DNA of 64,000 nucleotides from Eledone cirrhosa. Taxonomy: Eukaryota. Below are positions 1 to 18,609 of the stretch, in pieces. Below the pieces are notes generated by a model. The model made no database searches and was not told where the DNA came from. It saw only the letters and a program-made list of their open reading frames with translations. The stretch covers positions 106,888,001-106,952,000 of the forward strand of contig OZ024745.1 of NCBI GenBank assembly GCA_964016885.1, written 5' to 3'. The translations under genes and the position numbers were made by a program. Positions within the stretch are counted from its first letter, which is position 1; each line of letters starts with the position of its first letter.

Positions 1-5299
<5,299 letters not shown>

Positions 5300-5300
<1 letters not shown>

Positions 5301-5543
5301 TACACATATATATATTCTACACCCACATACACATATATATATATTCTACACATATATACACACACACACACACCCATACCCATGTATACATACATATACA
5401 TACACGTATACGTATATATATATATATACACACCCATACCCATGTATACATACACATATATATACACACCCATACCCATGTATACATACACGTATATATT
5501 ATATATATATATATACACACACCCATACCCATGTATACATACA

Positions 5544-5582
<39 letters not shown>

Positions 5583-6317
5583 CCATACCCATGTATACAT
5601 ACACGCATCTATATATACACACCCATACCCATGTATACATATACATATATATACACACCCATACCCATGTATACTACACGCATATATATATATATATATA
5701 TATACACCCATACCCATGTATACATACACACATATATATATATATACATACACCATACCCATGTATACACACACGCATATATATATATATATATATACAC
5801 CATACCCATGTATACACACACGCATATATATATATATATATATACACCCATACCTATGTATACATACACACATATATATATATACATACACCATACCCAT
5901 GTATATATACACGCATATATATATATATACACACCCATACCCATGTATACATACACCCATATATATATATATATATACACACCCACACCCATGTATACAT
6001 ACACCCATATATATATATATATATATATATACACCCATACCCATGTATACACACGCATATATAAATATATATATATATATATACACCCATACCCATGTAT
6101 ACATACACGTATACGTATATATATATACACAGCCATACCCATGTATACATACACGCATATATATATATGTATATATATATATACACACACCCATACCCAT
6201 GTATAGATACATATACATACACGTATATATATATACACATACCGATGTATACATACATATACATACCCATGTATACATACATATACATACTCATGTATAC
6301 ATACATATACATACACG

Positions 6318-6348
<31 letters not shown>
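5300..6348. repeat. Microsatellite-derived minisatellite with CACCCATACCCATGTATAC core and variable (TA)n spacers
   Basis: Core motif recurs roughly 20 times, separated by TA runs of variable length. Confidence 0.92.
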
Positions 6349-6349
<1 letters not shown>

Positions 6350-6442
6350 GCTTTAGAAATCAAGCCAGAATCAGCTCCCGTCCCACCCTTGCAAGAAGGG
6401 AAAAGCGGACGTAAAATGATGATGATGATGATGATGATGATG
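6349..6442 (+). mobile_element. Isolated SINE/LINE 3' tail ending in (GAT)n
   Basis: AGAAATCAAGCCAGAATCAGCTCCCGTCCCACCCTTG matches the 3' part of the SINE at about 8123-8175 and is followed by CGGACGTAAAA(TGA)n. Confidence 0.75.
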
Positions 6443-6530
6443 ATATATATCTTTCTATCCGTGCATGTCCCGTAACTTAGAGGATCGATAAAAAAATAAG
6501 TATCAGACTTGACTAAATAAATAGTGGGTT

Positions 6531-7287
6531 GATATGGACTAAATCGTGGTGGGGTACCCAACCATGTAATAGCAGAGGTAAAAACAAAACCCAATGATAT
6601 ATATTCTTCATATGCAAAATACTTACTTGTACAAATACTTAGATATGGACTAAATCGTGGTGGGGTACCCCACCATGTAATAGCAGAGGTAAAAACAAAA
6701 ACCCAATGATATATATTCTTCATATGCAAAATACTTATTGTACAAATACTTAGATAAGGACTAAATATTGGTGGTACCCCACCATGCAATAGCAGAGGTA
6801 AAAAAAACAATGATATATTCTTCATATGCAAAATACTTATTGTACAAATACTTAGATATGGACTAAATATTGGTGGTACCCCACCATGCAATAGCAGAGG
6901 TAAAAAAAAAACAATGATATATATTCTTCATATGCAAAATACTTATTGTACAAATACTTAGATATGGACTAAATCGTGGTGGGGTACCCCACCATGTAAT
7001 AGCAGAGGTAAAAACAAAAACCCAATGATATATATTCTTCATATGCAAAATACTTATTGTACAAATACTTAGATAAGGACTAAATATTGGTGGTACCCCA
7101 CCATGCAATAGCAGAGGTAAAAAAAAACAATGATATATTCTTCATATGCAAAATACTTATTGTACAAATACTTAGATATGGACTAAATATTGGTGGTACC
7201 CCACCATGCAATAGCAGAGGTAAAAAGAAACCCAATGATATATATTCTTCATATGCAAAATACTTACTTGTACAAATACTTAGATAT
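6531..7287. repeat. Tandem repeat, 7 units of 102-111 bp, with a higher-order trimer
   Basis: Units start at about 6531, 6642, 6753, 6855, 6961, 7072 and 7175 (GATA[T/A]GGACTAAAT). Each has a GGTACC-centred hairpin. Confidence 0.95.
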
Positions 7288-7861
7288 CCGGGAGGCTGAA
7301 TTTATATTTTAGTATATCGTAGTTACGAAACTATTCCAAAATCTATCTACGGACAAGCTGTCCCAGTACATTTACATATTTCTCATTTTATACACAATAC
7401 CTATGAACAGGGGTCTCGTTTGCCTTAAACATTTAAGAGGGACAAACCAACATTTGTTGATTCTTAAAGGAGCATAAATTGCTTATGGTGCCTTTCCCAG
7501 ATTTTACGCTAATTAAATTTTATATATTCAAATCAAGTTCAGATATATAAGAAAAGAAAAAAAAAAAAGCTTAAAAAGAATTTATTATATCAAATAAACA
7601 AAAAATAAAATATAGACGTTTGAAAAAATGGGGGGGGGGGGGGGCGCTTGTCCCATGGTAGCCCCCTGAAACAAGCCCCTTGTCTATGAATGTACTGAAA
7701 GGGGGGCGGGTAAAATCTACTTTAGTTACTGACAGCGTCGGAAAGAATTCCATAACATATTCTTCATAAGATCTCAACTAATCGGGAGGTTGTTCACGGG
7801 TTCATTCTCTAAGAAGACCACCGTTGACTTAACCACAGGGTTTAATTTTATTATGGCTAAT

Positions 7862-8175
7862 GGAGGCACATGGCTTAGTGGTTAGAGCATTGGCCTTGCA
7901 ATCGAAAGGTTGTGAGTTCAATTCTCAGACCGGGCGATGTGTTGTTTCCTTGAGCAAGACACTTTATTTCAAATTGCTCCAGTTTACTCAGCTGTAGAAA
8001 TGAGATGATAGGGACTGGGATCCATATCATTCCACTGCAAAGTGGTCGTGGAGGTGCCACGGCAAAAAAGCATCCAGCACTCACTGTAAATGAGGTTGGT
8101 GTTAGGAAGGGCATCCAGCTGTAGAAATCAAGCCAGAATCAGTTCCCGTCCCACCCTTGGAAGCAGGGAAAAGGA
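7862..8175 (+). mobile_element. tRNA-derived SINE with CORE-like central domain
   Basis: A box TGGCTTAGTGG, B box GAGTTCAATTC, central CCTTGAGCAAGACACTT...CAGCTGTAGAAATG; tail shared with 6349-6442. Confidence 0.85.
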
Positions 8176-9994
8176 TAGGTCTAGAGTATACATCTGCATA
8201 TTCATAGTTATATATGTGCACACACTCACATATAGTTAAACATATATAAATTAACATAGAACAGTACACTTACGACGATTATATAGTATATGTGCGTATG
8301 TGTATGTATGTATATAAAATATCAGAGACGTAATTGTATTGGTAGAAACAGGAAATAGATTTATGAAATTATTAAAACAAACACACACAAAATGGCATAT
8401 ATATGTGGGTGTGTGTGTGTGTAATTCAGCCTTTATGTTAACATCACATATGATTTAGATCCCCACACCACAGTTAGGGGCAAATCTGATGGGAAAATAA
8501 TCTATTATCGTAGAATGTATGCCAAGCCTAATTGTCCGACATCAGTTTATTCCCATTCATTAAAATAAAATAAAAATTCCAATACAGAAGTTTATCACAG
8601 GAAAGAGTTACTGAACAGAAAATATACTATACCAGTAAGGCAAACTGTAATACGTAAACGTAAGCAAAGCCGATTCCAGAATTTTCCGCCTTTGTGCTTA
8701 ATACACATCATCCATACCCATATATATCAATCTGTCTGTCTATCGATCCAGTTATCTAATCATGTATCCATATTCAAATACATTTATCTTGTTCTTTCAA
8801 TCGATCCTCCCAACATTCTTCTTTAAATACATTTGTCCGTCTATTCATCATTCTGTCGAACAAACATCCATCAAAATCATTATTTCGCCGCATCCTTCTA
8901 TTTCCAGGCTCAATCATTCACCTACCTAGCTACTTGTATGTTTATGGCAGTATTTATTTTATTTATTTCAACCAAAAGAGGATAGAAAACCATACGAGAC
9001 TGGCGTATTCGGCTGAAAAACTCCGAGTCGAGTAAAAAAATAGATTAGGCTTGAAATGTATTGTTCCAGTTCAGCCCTGGTCGGACAGATCTGTGACCAC
9101 GGACCTTACTCATTTTTCTTTCCAGGCATAGCATTTCTTGAAATACAGGAATAATTTGGCTGGAGGTTGCGCAACCATCCAGAGGCTCTCCCATTGACCC
9201 CCTAAAGCCGAAATTCTAAAGGTGGGTGACACAGCACAGTAGGAAACTACTAAACAGTAACTAAGCTTTTAGACATCCAAATCACCCTCAAAACACAACC
9301 ATTTTTTTTAAGGGCACGTAGTATATACCAGAAAACCCCAACTAAAGCTGGCTGAATGTTATTTAAGCACCAGTTGATGAGCTAGTTTTGACAGCCACCA
9401 GAAGTAGCAATCTTATGCTGGTAATTAACAGATTTTAGTGAACCAGTGTTGAAATTAATACTCGTAGCGAATTGAATTGGTAAGCAAGTGTTGATGGTCC
9501 CCAAAACTGGCAAGGCAGTGTTGGTGCCCCTCAGAATTGGTGAGGTATCGTTGGGGGCTACCAGAATTGGTGAGGTAGTGTTCATGGTTACCAGAATTGA
9601 TAGCTACTGTTGCAAACCACAAGTGGTAAACTAGTGTTGGTAACCACAGGGAGTGTTAAGCCAGTGGTACTAAATAACTAAATAACCAGCAGAGTTAGTA
9701 AACTAGTGGTAATCTGAATAAAGCAAGATTGGAGTCGAATATAAGGAAACAAAAAGGAATGTGGAAATATGTGTTCTCCGAGAGGGAAAAATCAGCATGT
9801 AACATTTCTAGCCAATGTTCACCAACCAAATAATAGAGACAAACTTCTTGCTGATATAAAACCATAAAAAAATATTGTAAATATAAATTTAAAAGATGTT
9901 TAGCGTTTCCGCTTCTCACAGCAATTAAATATATGAAGTAACAGCTGTCGGATTTAGTAGTTCTTACCATATATACATTATATTATATATATAA

Positions 9995-10130
9995 TAGGTA
10001 TACCTCCGAAGAGGATCGGGAGGTAACCTCGGTTAAAGAAGGTACTCAATACGTTGGTGGAGTATAAGCATTTTTATTTTATATAGAAATGGCTTCAACT
10101 TGGCTAGAACTGTTTCATTCGTATGAAACA

Positions 10131-10132
<2 letters not shown>
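9995..10132 (-). mobile_element. Probable Penelope-like 3' fragment with short fold-back, embedded in (TA)n
   Basis: Minus strand reads GAAAC...AATAAA...TATTGAGTAC...(TA)n, with hairpin ACTGTTTCAT/ATGAAACAGT at its 5' end. Related pieces lie at 23766-23864 and about 39177-39229. Confidence 0.55.
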
Positions 10133-10170
<38 letters not shown>

Positions 10171-10173
10171 TCA

Positions 10174-10216
<43 letters not shown>

Positions 10217-13017
10217 TCATATACATATACACACATACATATACATACATACAATATTTAACATTATCAAACGTCCGCTTACGTTGTTGGCATGTTAGAC
10301 AAGACAATATATAAAGATGCCTTATACATATCCATACATTATGTATTGTATATATATTTAGTCATGAATATTATATAATAGATATGCATGTTTATATTTT
10401 CCATTGTGTGTGTGTGTGTGTGTATGTGTGCAAGCGTGGAACATGGACGTTAAACGATGATGATGATATATATATACATATACACACACACACAAATGTA
10501 TGTGTATGTGTATACATGATGCAGTATACGACAGTATTTCAGGGCTAAACAACACACATAGATAGACTGAGAAAAATAAGATGTTGAGACAGTTATGGCT
10601 TTTCGGGCAAAAAGACTACGATGTTTTTGTTTTTTTTTCCAGTAAATGAAAAAACAATTTCTGGAGTCTTTTGAAACGCGAAACTTGTCGGGGAAACAGC
10701 TACAATTTAGAATTGAAAACTAGTCCGGGACTCTGTAGACCAATGTAAATAATTGTCCAGATTTCTTTTTTCTTTTATACTTGTTTGGAAACGGTTACCT
10801 TTGGTTTTTTGGTGACTGCTACAATAACTTAAATCGTCGCCCGCTTTCAAATGCCATCTTTACAACGGGGAACCTTTAGCGGTGTCCGCTCTTTTGCAAG
10901 AATTCGAGCCAGGTCTCCGGTTTCCTCCTACCATTCTCGTAGGGACTTGAATAGTTTCATGAACGCAGACCCTCCCCCTTGCCTGACTAAATAGGGAAAG
11001 AAATCCTAGCATCAGTGACGCAAGCGAAATTGTTAGTGAATGGTATTTACCGCGTGTCGAAATCGGGTGGCAGAAGCGGTATACAAAGACTACGAACTCT
11101 GTGGCTTTCACTAATAAGTCATAGTATTTCATTTGATTAAACACAGAAACCAATTTTAATTAGGTGAGGATATGATTAATTACATCAGTGATGCATAATC
11201 TTTTTTCTTGTTTTTTTTTTTCTTGCCGTGGCCCACAATATTTTATATTATCCATGGCCCATACAGCTTCGACTGCAATAGCAGACAATCACAATCCTCC
11301 TACACCCATTGCAGCTCTCTTATTCAGTTGTGGACCCGTGGACAAATAATTAGCCCTGGCCTTCAGAGAAATTCGTATTTCCTTGCCGAAATTTGAACAG
11401 AGACCGTCAAGTACCGCAAAAGATATAGAAAAGCCTCTCGTCCGACATTCTAACAATTTCGCCAATGCACCACCATGGACTGATGCTGTATTTTATTAAC
11501 CCTATTTTATCATATATGTTTTACACCGCTAAAATGAAGCGGGGGTCGATAAAATGTCGACTAAATAAAACCAAAAATCCACATTCAAGTACATATTAAC
11601 TGAAACTATAGCTTTAAAAATTCCCTTAGACATATCTACATATGTCATGTTGATCGACTAGAAGTTTTGAGTTAACCATTTCTAAGGAATTTAATCAACC
11701 TTAGCGTTATTGGTAACGCAATTCTCATCGAGCTACCGGTATGATAAATAAATAGAAAACAAAAAAAAAGAAAAATTTATCACCCTTGGCGGCATTTAAA
11801 ATCAGAATGCAGACTGATGAAAATAATCACAGTTGGACATTTATTCAATCTACAGTTTCTGCTATCTCGACGGTTAGTGCACAATCCACCGAACACCAGG
11901 TAATAATATACATTGTGATATTCAGTTTAGTACCCTCTATGCTCTGATTTCAATTGCCACCTTGTCTGGATTTGATTCTCCTCATATTAAGGAAAAGATT
12001 TGGCTGCTGTTTCTAGGAGATCGAGCATCTACTCGAAGTTACTTTTTGCTTTAATAGTAATTTCTACAATATTATAGCATATATTTAATAGATGCTAATA
12101 AACTGAGTATATTTTTTACCGATCACTCAAAGATGGATGGTGTAAAGACTCCGATTGGAAAATGCAACAGTGGTGTCAGGAAAATTATTGAGAAGTTTAA
12201 AGTTAGTTGAGTCTTGAAATTTCCTTCCATCTTCACTTCCAGCATAATAAGATATGTATGACGTGGAAGACAAAATGTTTACATACATATTGTAGAGTCT
12301 GACATACGTATGACTGAATTGAAAAATAACTTTGAATAACTGATATTATCCATACAATCATATAAAAGAAAATGAAACATCGAAATATGCCCTTATTTTT
12401 TCCAGGTGACATTCAAACAAGATTTAATCCTAAATGTCTTTATAGCCATTCCCAAAACTGATATTATTGCAGTTATGTTTTAGATTTTAAATAACAACAG
12501 AGGGAGGAAGTATTTCGTTTAATTGCAGGGATAATCTATATTAATCGAATTTTTTCCAACTTACATATGCGAGACTGTGTGTTTATCTTATATGCAGAAT
12601 GTTGGCCGGAGATAATTTCCTTCGGCTCTATTGTGTGCGTAAGTGTGATGGTAAATTCTGACTTTATCAGAAGAGAACGAAGGCCAGCACCCGAGACTTT
12701 CTGCAGGATCACCACAACTGGGTAAGAGAGAAGAAACCATGGCTCATGGTTTTCTTACAGTAGGAAACCGTATACACTAAGATATCAAGTTATCCTCAGA
12801 CTTGAGACTTAGTTCGAATTCTTGCGACAGAGTTTCATCTTCTGCTAAATGGAGCCCCTGCTAAATGGAGCCCCTACAGTCAGATAGCGTTGTTAAATCT
12901 GGCGACAAATTGAGTTTAATACTCAAAGGGACTAAATATATTATATATTATATATCGATGGTTGCTTTAATGTCAACAGAGGTGACAATAAAAATCAGTT
13001 CAAACTGGGCACCTTCT

Positions 13018-13265
13018 GAACTCGGATATTCAAATATCGAACTCAGATGTTCAAATATCGAACTTAGATGTTCAAATATCGAACTCAGATGTTCAAATAT
13101 CGAACTCAGATGTTCAAATATCGAACTCAGATGTTCAAATATCGAACTCAGATGTTCAAATATCGAACTCAGATGTTCAAATATCGAACTCAGATGTTCA
13201 AATATCGAACTCAGATGTTCAAATATCGAACTCAGATGTTCAAATATCGAACTCAGATATTCAGA
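13018..13265. repeat. 21-bp minisatellite (GAACTCAGATGTTCAAATATC) x ~11.5
   Basis: Near-perfect tandem copies. Produces the SNIELRC / MFKYRTQ pseudo-ORFs. Confidence 0.97.
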
Positions 13266-14833
13266 TACCGTACCGCATTTATATATACTTCGAGGTTTTG
13301 AATAACCAGCATATAGCCGATCCGATACGGTTCTTGACACGGATCGTCACTTACGTAGCTGTGCTTGACTACCGATACATGGCGTCAAAGTTACCTCAAA
13401 TCACACCATCAAAGGAATTAACGAAAAATAAACAAACGACGCAATTATGATGTACTAAATATACTATGTATGAAGACAACTGTTGCCGGACATGTGTCTA
13501 CACAACCAGGATTAACCTTGGGTTAAACAATAGTCCTTATATCGAAACAACAACGAGGTCCTTCGTGGCTAAGTCAACCTGCTAGAAATAGCAGCTCATT
13601 TTACTTCGCATCACACACTAACGTCTTAAAAAAAAGCCGAAGAGATTACAGTAGATAATATACTCCTACATAAATACACAGCCTGGAAACGAAAATGTTT
13701 GCCATCTTTGATAATTATAATTGGTCTAGCCTTAGATTAAACAACAGTAACACAGATCTAAGTTTCGTTGTAACCTCTACACTTTTTTACACTTTAAAGA
13801 TAATTTATTTTTACTGGTTGCTTAATAAATTCACAGAATAACAGGCAAATACGATAAACGGGGTGATATGGTGATATCAAAATGTGTGTCTCTTGGAACT
13901 ATCAATATAACAGGAACAGCCTCAGTCTAAAGGCGTTGATCAACCTCGCCCTGAGCATATATACCTACATAATACTGACAACCGGCTTAATACCATTCTT
14001 GATAATTGACACTGTTTGCTGTAAGGTCACACACATGTATACGAGATAGACTAATATTTTTTTTAGGTGTGTGTGTGGGGGGGGGGGGGGGGGTCTGGCT
14101 TTTTCACTTAAATGTAATATTCTTAGAGAGAGAGAGAGCTCGATATAAATAGAATAATAATTTACGTTCTAAACAGATTTTCAGGCATATCTACCCATCA
14201 ACATGTCCCATTGCACTTAATAACCTGATAAACTTAGGAGAAGTAATTGGTAAAACTCGGAGTGGAAACTTTCCCTACGCTGGAGACTATAAAAATATAT
14301 ATTTATTTAATATTATATACACAGCTATTTGAAAAGAATAATTCACACTGCTGCAACTCAGTATCTCTTACTCTTATGCATTCGTTCGGGGTGGCAAACA
14401 AGTTCAAAGAATATGTTCGACGCCGAAACAGATTGTAATTGTTAAAATATACTAACATAGAATAAATACACTTAAACATACATCCAAAATAAACGAAAAT
14501 ACTTTTTTTCTTATGCACATACAAAAACAAATAGTTTATTTTAGCCCCCACCCCGACCACCACTTTCAGTTAGATGAGATAATCTAAGTCGACTTTTGAT
14601 GTGATTTGAACTCCGATCGTAATTCACTTGAACACTACCAAGGGCTCAATTGATTCTGCCTTTGGCCATGATTATATCATTCAACAAACACAGAGGAAGG
14701 GAGGGGGAAAATATGACATAAAATAATTTAGTATAAAAAAATGTTGTTCATCAAAATAAAATAAATAATAAATAAAACCATTTTTTTTTTTTTTTAAACA
14801 TGCAGCGTGTCATTTTGGATATGGTGGACTTAC

Positions 14834-15989
14834 CTGCGACTGATAGTAGAGTTAATAGACCAAGGAACAGCAGTAGAAGGCGCTGGGGTTGCCAGGCAAC
14901 CGTCAGCCGACTTGTATCGATGGTGGTGAAAGAGGAGAGGTTTGTGGACAAACTGGCAAATAGACGAGACCTGGTCAACAAAAGCGAACACAGCGACGTC
15001 AACGATAAAAGAGATGACAATCCAGGAAACGATGCTGTTGTAGTTGTTGGTGTCGTCGTTGTCGTCGAGGTTAGTGGGGATGCCAGTGAAATATTTTCAG
15101 TATATTTTTTATCTTCCAACGCCGGAGAGTTTGTAAGGGTTTTATTGTTGATTGTTTGCGTTATTATCGTCGTCGCTGCTGTTGTAGTTGTTGTTGTTGC
15201 TGGAAGATGCGCTGCACCAGGACAGCAAGTGTTTTTGTTTTTGCAGCTAGTTGTAGGGAAGATAGTTGTAGACGACGTAAGCGAGTTTTTGACCGGTTCC
15301 GACCTAAAGCGTGATGATGATGATGGTGGTGATGGTGGTGTCGATGATAATGCCGATGATTTTAATGGTGGTGATAATTGTAGTGTCGGTGGTGACGTAC
15401 ACAATAACAACCCGCCCCCATCCAAGCTTCGCATCTCCCTGGAGACGCTGCTGAACTGTGACGCGTCAGCGGAGACAGAACAGCCAGTGGCTTTCCCAGA
15501 ATCATTGGAGTAATGATAACAGCAACAGTACTGCTGATTTAGCACGGTGCTGGGTTGTTCACAGTCGGTGGCAAAAGCTCGAGAGGAAACGAGAGACGAC
15601 GATGGATTCACAGTGGTACGTCGCTCGTACTCTAAGCTTTCAGATATCACAGTCGGTGAGGTGTGGTGGAACTTTGACGATAGTGTTGGAGGAGGAGGTG
15701 GTGGTGATGAACATTTTACTAATGCAGTCCGTTCGCTGTCGCTGAAAGACACAGTCACGGCGGCAAGCGAATCCCCAGTAGCCGGTGTGACCGACGACTG
15801 ACCGTTCATTAGATGATGTCCGGAAAGAAAAGTCTGAGCTCGGAGAGGAGCCACGCTGGTCATCACCGACCCAATATGGTCGACTGTACTTTCTGTGTCG
15901 GCCGTCGGAAGAACGACCGAAAGCATTGTTCTGTTGCGAACACTTCGCAATTGGTGACAGTAGTGATGACTACATGAGCACCCCTCCAT
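14834..15989 (-). CDS. Probable first coding exon (385 codons + 1 nt) of an unidentified secreted or membrane protein; Ser/Thr/Pro-rich N-terminus ending in signal-like RLLLLFLGLLTLLSVA
   Basis: Only long non-microsatellite ORF, GC/CpG enriched. ATG at 15989 in GGGATGG context. Triplet runs stay in frame (poly-T, poly-P, poly-S). Consensus phase-1 donor CAG|GTAAGT at 14834/14833 directly after the hydrophobic stretch. Start codon and identity are uncertain, and no downstream exon was recognised. Confidence 0.72.
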
Positions 15990-17613
15990 CCCTTTCCAGA
16001 CATTAGTCAACGAATGTGAAGGGTGGGCGCTAATTTCGAATTGTGGTACGCCTTACGTCCACAAATTCGCAGAAATCTGACGGATCTATTAACAAATGTC
16101 AAATTTACACACATAAACAAATTATATTCTCAATATAATTTGGAGCAAATGAGTGCGGGCAGTTAGCTGCTATTACATTTCAACTGCTTGGGTATTGTTG
16201 GCGAGAACAGAAAGAAACTACAGTATTAACAGTGACGAATGTAGCACTTGTGTTGTGATGAAGAGAAATAGTGATGCTAATAGCCAGAGAATTCTAATAT
16301 TGCAGATGTGGCTGATGATGATGATTAGAGAACGTGTGAAATAATGCTTAATCTATCTTCTTAGCACTTGTAAATCCAAGGCTATTGGTCAAATGTGTCG
16401 AAACTGTCAGCTGGACATCCGTCCGTTCGTCTTGTCCGACGATGACTGGATAAAATTGTTAACAGCAAACAGTCAGAGGTTGATAAATTTATCGACAGGA
16501 TATCTCTTTTACTTTAAGTATGCAGACTGCTAATTCCAACTACAGGCGCTGACCAAAGCAATTGTGAACAGATGTATGTTGGCAAGAAGCAAGAATTCAA
16601 CCAAACTGCTACAGCAATTACTACTAATAAATAAGTACAGCTACGGCTTTCACCGATGAAAGTGGGGCCCCAAAACAGTTTATTACATATATATGTGTGT
16701 GTATACATGCACACATACAGTCCTGCTGTACAAACAGTATGGTTTTACTTCCCGTACGTCTTAAATCTCACGTGGATGAACAGACTGGAACAATTGAATT
16801 TGATGACAGAAAATAAACAATCTGGTTATTCTAGTATTGATAGGAAGTTTGAAAGTTAACTATACTGTTTGGCAAAGTAAGTTCTTCGATAAACTGTAAT
16901 CCGCACGAAGAACAATTTCAGTAATAATACATGTGTATATTTCTGTGAATATATATTATATATATTTACATGCGTGTGTTATACGTGAATGCCGATGGCT
17001 ATTGTAATGTAAAATAGGTTATTTTCTCTCTTTTTGTTTCAAGACAAAAGTGAGTTCAAAATAAACTACTGAAATATAATTAAAATGATGTAACCGCCCG
17101 GGCTGTACGTCCGATAAACTGGTATAACTCGCTTTTAGTAGTAGTAGTAGTAGTAGTAGTAATAGTTATGGTTGCTGTGACTACGATGTTGGTTTCGTTT
17201 GTTTTTAATCAGCATTACTAAATGACGGTCAGATGACGGAGGTGAGAAACCTAGAAGGAAGAAAAAAAGCAGATTAAAATAAGTGATCGAAAAATAGAAA
17301 ATAACACAAAGCTCGATAGGGAATGGGGTGTCGGTTGCTATTTGGTATGCTAACCCTATCACTAACAGTAGTTATACAACCATCAAACTTGCAGTAAAGT
17401 AAACGTTAAGGAGGGACTGAATAACACACACACACACATTCACACAGACTTGTTTAGGGTTTAGCTCGGATCTAACAGACATGATCAAAGACGTTCCAGC
17501 AGGTTTTTTTTTTATTGGGGGGGGGGGGGGGGCAGACATATCTATATCTAATTAACTGGTTATTCAATTCTTAAGACGGTAATATGAGAGAGATTTAGCT
17601 GCTATTTCTAAAG

Positions 17614-17908
17614 CAGTGTTTCTTAACCATTTTCTTCCTGTATTTCCTGTCAATATGCCATTCGGAAGCCGATCCCCACATACGACAAAACACTAATGTT
17701 GTGTACAATACAACTTATTATATAACATTAACAGCCATACAATAATTTAACATTTACATTTTTTTTTTAATCAACACCAAGGAAAATGAATTCAGCAAAA
17801 ACTGAAAAACAACTTCCTTGCTGGAATACCCAAATATCCTACTGAAATCCTGATATTTCTCCCTCGCCCCCGGGGGAGGGGGTTTTCACCCCATGTTAAG
17901 AATTCCTG
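17614..17908. mobile_element. hAT-Charlie-type MITE nested in another repeat
   Basis: Ends CAGTGTTTCTTAAC / GTTAAGAATTCCTG. Imperfect 8-bp TSD TTCTAAAG/TTCTAGAT matches the Charlie NTCTAGAN preference. Confidence 0.75.
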
Positions 17909-18609
17909 TTCTAGATAGTCAAGCGAGCTTCGTAGAGGCTCCTACTTTGGCTCTGTTACACACTAACAGTTATCAATCCTGGTAAATAAATACTCAAAGA
18001 AAAAAAAAGTGTAAAAAAAAAAAAAAAAAATAGTCAGCGAAGCGTAACATATCGTGGCATTTACTCTTTCCTATGAAAGACCCCTCTCCATCTTGAAACA
18101 TTTAGTATTTCAACCCAATTCGTACACCAGCATACAAACAAAACGATGGAACATCTACGTTAGTCACTCAGTTTGTGAGAAATAGCAGCTAAATCTCCCA
18201 AATCACATCCAACTATACTAAAGAGGAAGGAAACTGAAAAAAAGGATGAATCTATCAAGGCCGGTACACCTTCGATCAAAGCCGGGTTGGGGATATTTCA
18301 CCAAGCTTCATTTATTATATAATTTAATTTTCTTTTTCTTACAATTTATTGAACTAATTAATTTGGTTGAAATCAACTTCTAATCGCTTTCAAATCCGAA
18401 TATTGAATTAAGTATCGTATTATTTTCGATTTAGGATTATAGTATGTCTTTTTTTTAAACCCAACACATCCAAAAGGCAAACTAAGAAACAAAATCAATA
18501 TAGACAATTATCACAAACCACATATAAACTAAACAACAGCGTGTATCCATTCGAAATGCTTGTTAGTTGTGTATTAAAATACAATAACCACATTAAATGA
18601 ACAATGAAG

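Noticed and set aside
6531-7287. Palindromic repeats as a CRISPR array or repeat protein
   Set aside because: Whole units are repeated with no unique spacers, and unit lengths break the reading frame.
7862-7935. tRNA gene
   Set aside because: Has A and B boxes but no acceptor-stem pairing, and continues into a SINE body. Other tRNA-like heads were rejected for the same reason.
12865-13340. Heptad-repeat proteins (SNIELRC / SSIFEHL)
   Set aside because: Translations of a near-invariant 21-bp minisatellite, with no codon-position bias or splice evidence.
14751-14833. C-terminal part of the 419-aa ORF (KSTISK...LFILF) and its TTG start at 16010
   Set aside because: This part lies past the consensus splice donor in AT-rich intron. 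The first ATG is at 15989.
14800-15801. Plus-strand ORFs of 237, 95 and 84 aa
   Set aside because: Antisense shadows of the minus-strand exon; poly-V/D/G runs mirror its T/S/P runs.
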